Counted from the first letter of the stretch, positions 11,481-24,573 are shown. The stretch is DNA of 64,000 nucleotides from Octopus vulgaris (GCA_951406725.2 OX597818.1:96100001-96164000); one strand, 5' to 3'. A program made the numbers and translations. Notes: a model not told the origin generated them from the letters alone.

Positions 11481-13748
11481 ATATTCAAATGAGCTTCTAG
11501 GGTTTCTTATAATTCGATCTCTCACTGTTGCAAAATGGGGCACCACCGATAACAGAAACTGGATTTTTCAGTTTTTCCTCTGCTGTGACAGTATTAACAT
11601 TGATTCTCCCTGCTTTTTCTTTCTCTCTCTCTTTTTTCCTTTTGTCTCCCACTCTGTCTTTCTCTACATCTTTTTACTTTTCCAGCACTCTTTTTCATTA
11701 TTTTTCTCCTCCCCAAACCTCGAGTGCGTGTGTATGGCTGTATGTCTGTCTGTATACATACCTGCATATATGTATACATTTGTGCATATATATACATGCA
11801 TATATATAATAGAGAGAGAGAGAGAAAAATTATAACCCTTTGGTTTGTAAGTTTGAATGATAACGCTCGAAACTCTGGGCCCCTGCGTTAGTCTGTTGCT
11901 TCTGCTAAATAATAATAATATACATATATTTATGTATATATATATATATTCATATACATCCACTCACATAACATCTATCTCTCATTGAGACAGTAGTAGA
12001 AGTGGAAAAATTTATTTTATCTGCTTTTTTTTTTCTGACGGTAGAAAATAAATTAGACGAATGAATCAAATTTAAAATATTTATAAATAGTTTATTCCAA
12101 CAGCAGACCGAAAATAGCAAATAAAAAAATGTATTTGATTATTCACCTATCATGTGCCACAAAAATTCGTCTGCTCTGCTCTGTAAGAAGTGATGATGGC
12201 ATCCGGGAAATTTTTTTTTTTTTTTCAATTAAAAAAAAATATGAAAAATTCAACCAATTATTCTATTTCTTTAAGACACTCAAATCGAACTAATGAAAAT
12301 TTTAAATTGATTTTTCTGATTATATGAGGCTTCTCATATTTTTTAAACTTTTGTATTTCATATTAAAAAAAATTACCTAGGTAATTCCTATTACATATAA
12401 ATATCTATTTATTCTAGCTAGCTATATTAGCAAGTTAACCGACTAGCTACAAATCTACCTCTCTAACTGCCTGCTTGCCTGCCTTACCTACTTATTCGCC
12501 TATTCACCTAGCTAACTGCTTTACTAATCTACCTATTTACATAATTATCTGCTTCCTATCACCTTAACTACCAATCCAACCTATCCATTAACCAACCTAT
12601 TTAGTCACATACCAATCTACCTTGCTACTTACCTATTGAGCTACTTCTCGTGTTTTCCCGTTTGCAGTGAAAACTTAGGAGATATATTTTTAAAAAATAT
12701 TACAGGTGTACATATAAAAATACAAAACGGTAACGAAAAAAAATTAGGCCCATTTGCGTTGAAATTTGACAATGTTTCAGAAAAGACGAGTCAGTATAGC
12801 GGAAGTGTAGTGATATCATATTTATATGATAATATATAAGATATCATTATATTTATACAATGATATATATAGAAGTGAACTGGTATCATTGATTTTTTTT
12901 TAACGGCTTTATGAAGTTTTATCAGTTTTTAATCATTAAGCGCCTTTTGAAAGCTACTAATTTAAACTCGTATAGGAGTTTGCTTTGTCACTCAGGATGG
13001 ATGCGTTTTTCCCTTTTTTAAACTCTTAAAAGGGGATATGAACGCCTGGGCGTTTCCTCTTCTATAAGTTTTTGGCTTTCTGCCCTGTCTCTTCCCCAAC
13101 AAAACGAAAGTAATTTTTATTGCACAAACTATGGAAAACCTTTAACGAACGACACTTAACTCTGAAGAAAACTGTCTAGGTGCGTTCTTTGCGTGTGTGA
13201 GTGTATGAGAGAGAATAGTGTATAACTGTAAAGTTTATAATAAAGCCCTGGAAAAGATATTTAATTATGAAGGGGTCCAGTTGAATATAACACAGTATGA
13301 ATACCGTGAGGGTTGTAATTCATCAATGTAAGCAGTAGATGGCGCTCATGACAGGAGGGAGAGTTAGGGAGAAAGAAAGAGAAAAATTATGGAAATGGGT
13401 GGGAGTATGCAAGGGATGACGTTCCCTTTCATTTCTGTAAACGAGGTGGTGGTGGTGGTGGTGGTGGTGGGGTTGTAGTCTAGCTTTCACCCTCCTGCCC
13501 CATGCAGACATCAGCGTCATCGACCTCAACATATCTCAAGTTCAGAAAATCTATTTCCATCAATGTGTGTGTGTGTGAGAGAGAGAGAGAGGAGTATGAT
13601 GCAGTTGTAAGATCTATGGAAAATCCCATGTAATGCCACTTAATCCCGTAGTGACTCAGATCACTAACATTTTAGTAAGTAACATTTGAAGTTAATGTCA
13701 CTCATGTACAACGCAGAAGATGGAAGAAGAAGCAGAAGCAAATATAGA

Positions 13749-14025
13749 GGTGACCCTTTAGTGCGCGAGTCCATCTGACCACTTACTCTTTAGCGTGCAG
13801 TATAACCTTAACACGAACCCTAACCCTAAACGAAATTTTAATCTAAACCCTAACTCTAACCCCGAGCCCTGGACCCTAACCCTAAACCTAACCTTAGCCC
13901 TAACCCTAATTCTAATCTTAAACCCTAACCCTAACTTTAACCCTAACCCGTATCCTAACCCAGATCAGGTCGTTTCACAGCACAGACAACGGATACTACG
14001 GCAGTCCGCACTCTAAAGTAGCACC
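13749..14025. mobile_element. MITE-like element carrying a degenerate (TAACCC)n telomere-type array (about 13805-13960)
   Basis: Imperfect terminal inverted repeats ggtgaccctttagtgcgcga / tccgcactctaaagtagcacc around aaccct repeats. Confidence 0.6.
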
Positions 14026-14044
14026 AAAAATTGGTAATATGAGA

Positions 14045-14212
14045 AGGTATTTCGTCCGTCTTTACGTATTGAATTCAAATTCCGCCGAGGTCAATCTTGG
14101 CTTTCATCCTTTCGGAGTCGATAAAAAAGCTACTAGTCGAGCACTGGGGTCGCTGTAATCGTCTAACCACCTCCGCCGAACTTGCTGGCCTTGTGCCAAA
14201 ATTTGAAATCAA
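14045..14212 (+). mobile_element. tRNA-derived SINE family A (gagttcaaattccgccgaggtcgactttgcctttcatcctttcggggtcgat...)
   Basis: The same sequence recurs at about 22005(+), 23650(-), 29950(-), 46790(-), 51805(+), 55660(+), 58960(+), 59355-60290(-), 62595(+); has a B-box-like gagttcaaat. Confidence 0.85.
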
Positions 14213-14299
14213 TATGAGAAAGTACAGTTTAATTTTGCAAGCGTCTTAAGGTACTGCCGTGTTATGAAAGAGCTTTCTTTGTAGTCTTTTTATCTCCGT

Positions 14300-15890
14300 A
14301 TTGACCAGGCTACCAGATGTCTCTCCACAACGCTGATTACAATTCATTTCCATTTTTCCTTTCATTGTCCCCGTCTTCCTTTTGCGCCCGAATTGTTTGA
14401 TTATGTCATATTCTCTTCAACTTGAATATTTTCCACATAATATCTTCTGGACTTTAGAGGTTTCATTCAATAACTATACAGGTATACTTGTCTGTGAGCC
14501 TTGTGACATGTCTGGGCCACGAAATTTTTTCCCACGAGAGTTCTGGACCCCAGTTATGAACTCATTTAGATATAACCAATCCGAGCTCAACTGTCAAACT
14601 AGTCACGAAAATACTCTGGCTGAGTTCAGTGGAACATGTGCATTATAGCAAAATCTAACTATTCTAAACGGGTTAATAGGGAGTGACAAATGTGAAATTT
14701 AGTGTATAAAGTGAATGGAGCGCTGCTCACCGATGATGCCATAAGGTACACATTATGTGGATTCTGAAGGTGAGCTCTGATTGGCTGTATGCAAATGAGT
14801 TTATTACTGGGGTCCGGAACACTCGTGGGAAGAAAAATTACGCGCCCGGGCCAACGAAACTTGTGGTTTTGATATTCTGTGATCACATCGTTCAGTTCGT
14901 TCCGTCTTCGAATTACTTTTGTCTCGAGTATGCTCCTGCAATAGTATTTCTCGCACAGATCTTTCCACGACAGTCTGTGTTGTAACCAATTGCATGTCTT
15001 ATTTCTTCGAAGTAGCCCACGTTTCACTTATATATAAGAGCACAGGTAGAACGGCGCTGCTGAAGAGATTCTCACGCAAACTCTTGTTTTGTTCTTTGAG
15101 TACATCTTTAATGGAGGCAAACACCTTCCACCCTGCTCTTGCTCTGTTCAACGTTCAATGTCTCGGTTAATATTTATCGTTTAGTCTATGTTGATATATT
15201 CCTTTACCTCTTCGATTGCATCGCAACCTGCCATTATGTGGTTTTGTGTTACGTTTTCCAACCGCATATATTTTGTTCATGCAGTTTATTTAAATGCCTA
15301 CAGTTTAACTCTGGATGTCCAGCTCTGTCAAGAAGGGTCTTTAGCTGATCTGTTTCTGCAATGAGCTTGATGTCGTTTGCGAATCAGAGGTGTGTTAGTA
15401 GCTTGTCTTTGATTCTGACGTCACATTTCTTGTCAATGTCTCTGATGACCATTTCAACTCATGCAGTGAATAGCTTTGAAGAGATGCCATCTTCTTGTTT
15501 GACACCTTCTCGGTTGGAGCTTTACTGGCGATGATAGCATTGCTATATCGGTGGAACATCTCGAGTTCGCCTCCCCGGTTTGATGTGCTACTACTCCTAC
15601 ATCTTCAGGGAGAACACTACAGCATTTATGCTAACATAATCGGAGGCCTTTTCGTAATTTGCGAAGGTGACACGAAAGCCAGCTTATGCGCTTTTACTTG
15701 TCTTACAAACTATGTTATCGTGTCTATCAAGGCCTATCGTGCTGTAGTTTTTCCGAAAACCTGCTGGTTCCCTCAACTGCTGATCTTCGAGATGTTCCGA
15801 TAATCTGGTAACTATGATCTTTGTAAACAGTTTGTAGAAGTAGGGAAAAAGACATGGGGCGATAGTTTCTCAGATCTTTCCGCTCTTACT
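14300..15890 (-). mobile_element. Decayed RTE-clade LINE (RT and C-terminal region), interrupted by a MITE
   Basis: Minus-strand fragments DLRNYRPM, GVKQEDGISSKLFTA, HL*FANDIKLI (FADD), HKFRW..RHVTRLTD; many stops and frameshifts. Confidence 0.8.
14511..14851. mobile_element. MITE with ~75-bp inverted arms; a second partial copy lies at 38930-39087
   Basis: cccacgagagttctggaccccagttatgaactcattt...gagctca is mirrored by tgagctc...aaatgagtttattactggggtccggaacactcgtggg. Confidence 0.8.
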
Positions 15891-16032
15891 TCTTATATAT
15901 ATAAAAAACACAATACTCGACTCCTTACACGGCGAGGGCATTTTTTCTTCTTTGTGGTACAGAGCTGATTTTTACCTGTGGGCCCGGAAGAAATGAAATA
16001 AGTTTTTTTTTCGTGCCACAGTGAACTACATG

Positions 16033-16202
16033 CAATGGCGTGGCTAGACTGTGAGCCGCCTGGGGCTGCCCTTGAATTTGAAGTGCCCCCGGGCACCTAA
16101 GCATATACAGGCTTACACAGCAGACCCAGAAGTGCTGCTCCAATGAAAGCGTCACTCGGGGCAGACCACCCTACTCCTTGCCCCCACCTGGCCATGTTAC
16201 TG
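16033..16202. mobile_element. Small hAT-type MITE (CAGTGGCGTAGCTAG-like ends)
   Basis: caatggcgtggctag ... ctggccatgttactg, imperfect TIRs. Confidence 0.5.
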
Positions 16203-16549
16203 ACTACACTAATAAACTGAATTTGCTTTTATGGCTAAGATGCACGAGTGCAATATAGCTATTTTAGGAAGTTCACATCACCTCTACATGGTTTCAGATT
16301 TGATCTCATTGCATTGCACCAAGCATCTTCTACTTTAGTTTCGGGTCGACCAAGGTATTGTGAAAGAGCTTTCTTTGATGGAAACTATGCAGAAGTCCTT
16401 CAGAGCGGATTTGTAAATAGGATTCACAGAACCAAGGGCAAATCAATAAAATACAATTATTAACACTTTTACAAGTAAAACACGAAAACACATTAGCATT
16501 CATTGAAATGAAAGCATTGTAATTATATGGAACTTAGAAAGAAGCAGCT

Positions 16550-17683
16550 TGTTTGCACCTATTTCAGAATATTTTAATGAATATTTTGTGTTTCATTTTC
16601 AAACGCTATATTTTTCTTACTTTTGATATGTGCATCAACATCGTTAAAAGTCGCGTTTTTTAGTTTTCGCACCTTCAGTAATAAACTGATAGTCTTTCTT
16701 GGTTTATCGAAACTCTTAAGTAAGATCACCTTTATCTTGTCGAAAGATCACTCACCACTACTAGTTGAAATTGCTATAATGAACACAACCTGAAAAAGTT
16801 ACTCTTAGATTTTGGAAAAGATTACTGCTTTCATCTCCACACTGAACAATGATCTCGAATCAGTTATGTTTATGTTTAGACAACTTCTCAGAAACAACTT
16901 ACATTCCAAGAATTTTTCAACAGGTAATTCACTTTCGTTTGTGTCAGTCTTAGAAAACTGCATGATCCAGACAAATTCTTTAAAAGAAGTTTACGTTAAA
17001 GTGCTTCTGCTTTCATTTTAGTGAAGCAATAATTCTCTTATATCTAAAATTAAAGATAAATATCGGAATTTTTAATCCGTATTATGGAGTCGAGTAAATC
17101 TTACTTCCATTCCATAATGGAGACGTTCAATAGTATCTTTTGTTATTCTCATAATTTCATCTTTGGTAAATAACCCTACATTCTTGACTTTTCATCAGTC
17201 ATTTATTTCGACTTTCTGCGGGGTTGTTTTCCCCACATAAATAACTTATTCAACATGTGGTTTTAGCCTGTCATCAAGAGGTTCACTGACGAACGATTCT
17301 CAACTACTGTAAGATAATCACAAGTAGTATCACGAAAGTTGTTGATATGGTCATGGAGTCGCTTTTAAAGATGGTCAGTCTGAATAAGAATTATATTTCA
17401 AAATCGAAACAAAATCAAGAATTTAAGCGCCAAAATACGTAATATCCAGAACCTGTCTTGCATCACCTTTTGGATCAGCTGGTTTGATTCTGGTTAACGA
17501 CCATCTTTTGAAAAAGTTCCACTGTGGTAATAGAGAATCCATTGATTGGCATCACAGACATTGTTCTAGAATTCTGTTTTAGATTCAGATTTGATAACTA
17601 CTGAAAGCTTCCAGTTTTTGCCAACGGAAGATCTGAACAAAGTGACTGAACTGCATCGAAAGAAGTTACCACCAACACGTCAG

Positions 17684-17715
<32 letters not shown>

Positions 17716-18330
17716 AACCAACCAGCCAGCCAACCAATAAACCAACCAAACTGAGAGAATAATTAATGCAGTTTACCAAAATAACGAAGCAATTTCTTTC
17801 ATTAATCTTGTTTGAACGCTACTTTTATAACCAGCCATAACTGCAGTAATTTGTTATATTAAACAGTCTTATAACGGCATTATGTCTTGTACAAATTCAA
17901 AAATCACTTCTACCATGTTTTCAGTACCCTTTCTTTTAATTAGGCAAATACAAAACAAAACAAAAAAAGCTTCTTTTATAAATAATTTTCTCTTTGAAAT
18001 CAATATCAGCAGAAAGAACTGTTTCTACCATTTGCTCATAATATGCTTGATCTGGACTAGAATCAAACATGAGACCTAAATCTTTGACCTTCTGGATGCT
18101 ATGAAGCGATTTCTGGCAAACAACAGAAAACAACAGCTGATTATATGAATCCTCCAATAACGGAAACAAATATGATATTCGTCCAGGATTCTTTTCCATA
18201 TTTACGAGATATTCTTTCATGATGGAATAAAGTTTGCCAACTACTTGAATAACTCTCCAAAATTTCCAGAATTACTTAGCTGTTCTACGCAAGGCAAGAT
18301 TTTGAATTAACTAAAAATTTTATGCATGGA
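16550..18330 (-). mobile_element. Decayed hAT transposase
   Basis: ORF 17936..18220 LMFDSSPDQAYYEQM...DIDFKEK resembles the hAT first catalytic D region; SSGE*SFDKIK...INQERLS near 16.7 kb resembles the hAT dimerisation domain. Confidence 0.7.
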
Positions 18331-18841
18331 ATAGGCACAAGAAACTCACTTTGCAATCATGTGGTTTCGGGTTCGATATCGAAATCACCAAGGCCATGTG
18401 AAAGAATTTGGTGAACGGAAACTGTGCAGAAACCAACTCTTCGTACATATGTGTATGTGTGTGTGCGTTTGTCACCACTTGATAACCAGTGTTGGTTTGT
18501 TTACGTCTCCGAAAAAAGAAATCGACAGTATTGGTATAAAACCAAAAAGGAACATAAGTACTAAGTCCATCTGCTCGCCTAAAGTTCTTAAAGGCGGTGC
18601 CACAGCATGACCGCAGTTCAGTAATTGAAACAAGTAAAAGAGACTGGAATGTTTTGTGAAGAATATGTTGCCATTTTTGTTTTTTCTGATGCTATTTGAA
18701 AATGAATTCTTCCATTTTTTTAGGAGATTTCTTGCAATTTTCTTCCTTTGGGTGAAACAGTATGGATGGCTGTTTGCCTTTTCATGGGTGTTAAACCTTT
18801 CTGGTACTTCCTAATGATAAAACCCATTTTTTTGTTGCAAC

Positions 18842-19604
18842 CAATGCTGGATTAACTATTAAGCAAAAAAAAAAAGTATGTACATAGGGCATCAAGAAGT
18901 GAAATGGGGACACCACAGAAGTGTTGAATGGTATACGGCACCAAAGTAATCACTTTAAACTTGCTTAAATAATATTCGGGATTTCGTATCTCTACAAAGT
19001 ATAGAAGCAGACGTTTTACGTAAGATTAATGTTGAGAATCTGATAAAAGATTTTGCAATTAAAAAAGATAAGAGGAAACTTTCAAGTATAAATAAAGTAG
19101 ACGTATACAAAAATAAACATTATTTCCTATCTTACTGTTAGTGTTCCATTTTGAAAAATAAAAATTTATTTTATGGTTTATTATTGTTTGTGACCCCCTT
19201 TCGGTCAGACACTGACCATGGGTTTGCACCTAGAGAGTTACCCTCTGAGGCACAAGTCTGGGCAAGGTTGTTTTTTATGGAAGACCAGCAGTCGCCCATG
19301 CATACCGGCCTCCCATCTCCACGTCACCGATGTTGTCCAAAGGAAAGGCAAGGGCCGATACAGCTTGGCACCTGTGACGTTGCAACTCATTTCTACAGCT
19401 GAGTGAACTGGAGCAACGTGAAATAAAGTGTCTTGCTCAAGAACACAGCACCCAGCCCAGTCCGGGATTCGAGCTCACAACCTCACGATCGTAAGCTCGA
19501 CGCTCTAACCACTGAGCCACGCGCCTTCTACATTGCGAATTATATATGGAGGCACCAAAATCTTTTGAGTGCTTAAGGCCTCTATGGGTCTTAATCCGGC
19601 CCTG
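18842..19604. mobile_element. hAT-type MITE (CAGGGCCGGATTAA ends) with a nested SINE
   Basis: caatgctggattaac ... ttaatccggccctg. Confidence 0.55.
19190..19528 (-). mobile_element. CORE-like tRNA SINE family C; related copies at 27520-27725(-), 30170-30417(-), 45290-45485(-), 46105-46442(+), 60720-60960(+), 63690-63860(-)
   Basis: tRNA head ggcgcgtggctcagtggttagagcg...gagctcgaatcccgg, then gtgttcttgagcaagacactttatttcacgttgctccagttcactcagctg, resembling the CORE domain. Confidence 0.85.
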
Positions 19605-21286
19605 GTTGCAACGAAGACGAATTGGCAGTCCTTGAAAATAGAAATAAAGAAATGAACGGCAAAAGTTCCTTTCTTTTCCCGAGAATAAACGAATTACGAG
19701 TGTTTAACTTCTCCACATCTATTTCTCAATCTTCGTTTAACGCATCACTCGTTCATTGATTTTAGCATTTAAACACCTCCAACATGTATCTGTATGTTTG
19801 TGCGTGTATGTCTATGTTTGTGAGTGTGCGTGTGTGTGTACACGCGTCTAGGTGTACGTGTGAGTGACAGTTGGGATCAAATCCAGATGAAGAAGGGAGA
19901 TAAGTAAATATAAATTGGTTTATGACCCAAGTCATTTGCACTGTTATTCGTCTTTGTAGTTCAAAAATACATGCCACTGGCCTACTCTGAGTTATTTCTC
20001 TTAGCTTGTTTTCGTTTCATTTATGTAAATTACTTAGGCTATAAATGTATTCTGCTCTTTTTTGTATGTGTCAAATTATCTCTGCATATTTTTTCTTAAA
20101 ATGTCTAGCAGTTTCAGATGCAAAATATGCTGAGCGCTGTAGTGTCTGTCTTAGGAGAATAATTTCTACCTTTTACAACAACGGTGTGTTCAACACTCTC
20201 GTCTCATTGGCACACTGCATTCTCGGACACTGGCGTTTCAATATATTGTGTCCCGTCAAGCAGAAGCTGTCTCACCTCTACCACTCTCCTTTCACAATTT
20301 CGTTAACTCACCCACTAACTCACCCTCTCCCAACCCGGCCCACTTCATTATGTACACCACCCTATAACTCAGGTGACCAGCCTCTTCACCCTCCCTGTCA
20401 TAGCTTCATGATCTTCTCTCTCACACTCTCCTTTCTCCACTGTTTACCTTCTTAAGGCAGTGCTGTTTCCCCTCTGACACAAGACTCCTTTTTTGTCCCT
20501 CAATACTACTCCACACCCTCAGCTGAGGGGTCTTGTTTGGCAAGTACTTGGTAACCTCATTGCAGCTGGTGCCACGTAAAATACACCTAGTATGACCATT
20601 AAACTACAATCTGTAAAATAGTTGATTTTAGGAAGGACATCTAGCTGTAGGAATCATGCCAAAGCAAACGACAGGACTTGTTGTAGTCTTCTGCTTTTCC
20701 ATTTCTTGTTGAACAATCCAACCCATGCATGGAAAATGGACATTAATTGATGTATGTATGTATGTATGTATGTATGTATGTATGTATGTATGTATGTATG
20801 TATGTATGTATGTATAAGCATATATATATGTATTTTATATATGTATACATATATATATGTATATTTTATACACATACACACACTCACGTGTGTGTGTACA
20901 TTTTGCATATTCTTTTATTCTTTTACTTGTTTCAGTCATTTTGACTGTGGCACTGCTGGAGCACCACCTTGAAGGATTTTAGTCAAACAAATCAACCCAG
21001 GGCTAATATTTTAAGATTGGTACTTATTCTATTGATCAAGCAATGATGGGGTAGGGTGGGGGAAACAAACACAGACACAAAGACACACTCACACACACAC
21101 ACACAGATATACATATATAGAAACAGGCTTCTTTCAGTTTTCGTCAACCAAATCCACTCACATGGAACTGAACCTGCAACCATGTTGTTGGGATGTACAC
21201 ATACAATTCATGGCAGCATGGAAAACAGATGCCAAATGATGGTGATGGTGATGATGATGATGATGACATGCATGTGTATGTGTATA

Positions 21287-21905
21287 TAAGGGGAAGTAAA
21301 AAATTATCTGCACTTCACCATAACATATCTTTATTATTATCACACTGCCTTCTGCGCATTCATGCTTATAGTTGGTAATATTGTGGTCCTGACTTTACAG
21401 TGTAATCATGGCTGCTCCACTAGCAATGTGCACCAAAAAAGAACAAAGATCAGTGATTCGAGAGATGGTAATGATGAATCGGTCCACCATTACCATCTCT
21501 TGAGCTTGCTGAATCTTCTTATCAGTGGTGGAGGTTGAAGGGCATCCTGCTCCCTCTGCATGCATCATGGTTGTCCAGCCACTTTTAAACTTTTTGATTC
21601 ACTCATTCACACTTCTACGCAGCAGTGCACTTTCCCCGTATTGTGCTAAAAGCTTCCGATGGATTTCAGCACCTGACACACCTTGCGACTAGAGAAATCG
21701 GATCACTGCTTTTTGTTCTTCTTTGGTGCACATTGCTAGGAGAGCAGCCAAGCTTACACTGTAAAGCCAGAAAAACAAAATGGTGCAATCAGGCTCAAAC
21801 TTCAATCACGTGACCACAATAGTACCAACTATAAGCACACATGTGCAGAAAGCAGTGTGATAATACTAAAGATATGTTATGGCAAAAGTATGTATATTGA
21901 CTTCT

Positions 21906-21910
<5 letters not shown>
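21287..21910. mobile_element. Fold-back mariner derivative made of two 5' ends; TA flanks
   Basis: Long inverted arms; the minus strand encodes a mariner N-terminal HTH (MCTKEEQKAVIRFL*SQGVSGAEIHRKLLAQYGESAL...). Confidence 0.85.
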
Positions 21911-21939
<29 letters not shown>

Positions 21940-22229
21940 TTCTTCTTCTTCTTCTTCTTCTTCTTATTATTATTATTATTATTATTACTATTATTATTAT
22001 TAAGGCAGTGAGCTGGCAGAATTGTTAGCATGTCGGGGGGGGGGGGGATGCTTAGTGGCATTTGATCCATGTTTATGTTTTTTGAGTTCAAATTCCACTG
22101 AGGTCAACCTTGCTTTTCATTCTTTCAGGGTTGATGAAATATGTACTAATGGAGCAATGGGGTCAATGTAATCGACTAGCCCCCCCCTACTCCCCACAAA
22201 TTCCAGGCCTTGCACCTATAGTAGAAAGG

Positions 22230-22261
<32 letters not shown>

Positions 22262-22471
22262 TCTTTACTCTTACTCTTTTACTTGTTTCAGTCATTTGAC
22301 TGCGGCTATGCTGGAGCACCGCCTTTTAGTTGAGCAAATCGACCCCGGGATTTATTCTTTGTAAGCCCAGTATTTATTCTATCGGTCTCTTTTGCTGGGG
22401 ATGTAAACACACCAGCATCGGTTGTCAAGCAATGCTAGGGGGACAAACACAGATACACAAACCCACCCACC

Positions 22472-22509
<38 letters not shown>

Positions 22510-22682
22510 CACATATATACGACAGGCTTCTTTCAGTTTCCATCTACCAAATCCACTCACAAGGCATTGGTCGGCCCGGGGCTATAGTAGAAGACACTTG
22601 CCCAAGATGCCACGCAGTGGGACTGAACCTGGAACCATATGGTTGGTTAGCAAGCTACTTACCACACAGCCACTCCTGCACC
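22262..22682 (-). mobile_element. tRNA SINE family B (gcaggagtggctgtgtggtaagtagcttgct...cttgggcaagtgtcttctactatagc, internal microsatellite); other copies at about 16270, 18335, 20915, 24885, 52005, 57342-58020, 60285
   Basis: Recurrent head and tail (tgactgaaacaagtaaaagagtaa). Confidence 0.85.
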
Positions 22683-22742
<60 letters not shown>

Positions 22743-22865
22743 AAAATCATAAATCTTGTGAAACTACAGCTACCTAGGTTTTCTTAGTTGAAATATTAAT
22801 TTATTTTGCTATTTTTCAAACTGATAAAAATATTAAGATGGTTTGTAAGCTTCCTGTATATATAG

Positions 22866-22903
<38 letters not shown>

Positions 22904-22979
22904 ACATACTTATATATATATATATATACATACACACACATTTATGCATACATATATATTTATGTACCTCAATGTCTAC

Positions 22980-23050
<71 letters not shown>

Positions 23051-23430
23051 CTATGAGTGGGAGTTGAAAGATAGGAGGGATGCATTATAATGGGGTTTTT
23101 TTTTTTCTGAAATTTTCCCCCAAACTTTCAAACCATTTATGGCTAAATCTAGTGACATTTCTCAGCATTTTGCAAAAGGGTAAATTGTTATGTTTTCTTG
23201 TTTATGGCCTCAATACAGTGGAGCTATTTTCTTGCATTATCATATTACTAATAGATTATCAGTGTATTCTGTTAAAGTGACCTTTCTTTCCTACTTGTCC
23301 CTTGTCTCTGAAGGTCTAATTTTATTAATCAGACACCATTGGAATGACTTTCTAGTAAAGTTTGCTCAATGCTTTTGAACCCAAGGTGAAAATTATGTCC
23401 CCACCTCTAACATATATAACATATATAATA

Positions 23431-23504
<74 letters not shown>

Positions 23505-23595
23505 ATATATATATATATACATATATATACATATATATATACATATATATTATAGTATATATGTATGTCTATGCATATGTGTATCTAACTATATT

Positions 23596-23654
<59 letters not shown>

Positions 23655-23874
23655 CTTTACTGCCCACAAGAGGCTAAACATAGAGGGGACAAAGGGATTA
23701 AATCAATTACATAGACCCCAGTGTGAAATTGGTACTTTATTTATCGAACCCGAAAGGATGAAAGGCAAAGTCAACCTCGGCGAAATTTGAACTCAGAACG
23801 TAACGACAGACAAAATACCGCTGAGCATTTTGCCCGGCTCGCTAACGTTTCTGCCAGCTTGCTGCCTTAATATA

Positions 23875-24090
23875 TATGTGATCGTGTGTGTACCGTTGGC
23901 GATTTTTTTCCCTTTGTCTTCCCTTCTCTGGATCTTTCCTTCTCCTATGTTTCCGACGAAGAGCTCCGCTCAAAATGTTAAACCCTCCTTCTTTCCTTCT
24001 TTCCTGAGCATCCAATAATACTGTATTTGTTCCACGTCCTCACGTTGTTGTGTTTTTTTGTGCTTTCATGTTTGGATTAACTTTATATAT
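23875..24090 (+). mobile_element. Penelope-like pLTR stub with a decayed minimal hammerhead (23950-23982); an inverted copy lies at 24618-24820
   Basis: ttt-ccgacga-a-gagc-tcc-gctc-aaaatgtt-aaa; flanked by (TA)n; reverse-complement copy about 530 bp downstream. Confidence 0.6.
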
Positions 24091-24339
24091 ATATTTTATT
24101 TTTGTTTTTTGAAATTAGATTATTCATCTTTAAATATGAGAACTTAAATACTAGGTTTCTTTATATTCAATTGTTTATAGAGGTTAATTTAGTTCTTGAT
24201 TATATATAGATTGTATATAGATTATATATAGATTATATATATATATCTTTATATTTTCATTGATAAATTTATATTATTTATAGTTTTAGTCATTTTAAAT
24301 TTATATTTTTAAAATATTGATTATTTTTAGATCTGAAAT

Positions 24340-24385
24340 CCACCTGATGAATGTCCTGAGAAGCGACATGAAACAATTGTAGTGG
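24340..24385 (+). ncRNA. Minimal type I hammerhead ribozyme, intact core
   Basis: CCAC-CUGAUGA-AUGUC(cugagaagc)GACAU-GAAA-CAAUUG-UA-GUGG; stems I and II pair perfectly, stem III is palindromic (ACAAUUGU), cleavage triplet GUA. Confidence 0.85.
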
Positions 24386-24573
24386 CGAATATAATTTTAT
24401 TTAATTTATATTAAAATTTTTTTATGTATTGGATTAAGTCTTTCTTTGTTTGATTTGCAAAATAGTGGTTTTGTCTCTAATTAATATTATATAATATTTT
24501 ACTATAAAATTGGATTCAATCCTAAATCTGATTTTCCCTGTAAATTTGGATTTATTCCCTAATATTTATTATT

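Noticed and set aside
19440-19528. tRNA-like sequences with A and B boxes (also at 30340-30417 and 46105-46180)
   Set aside because: They are SINE heads continuing into SINE bodies and lack a full cloverleaf.
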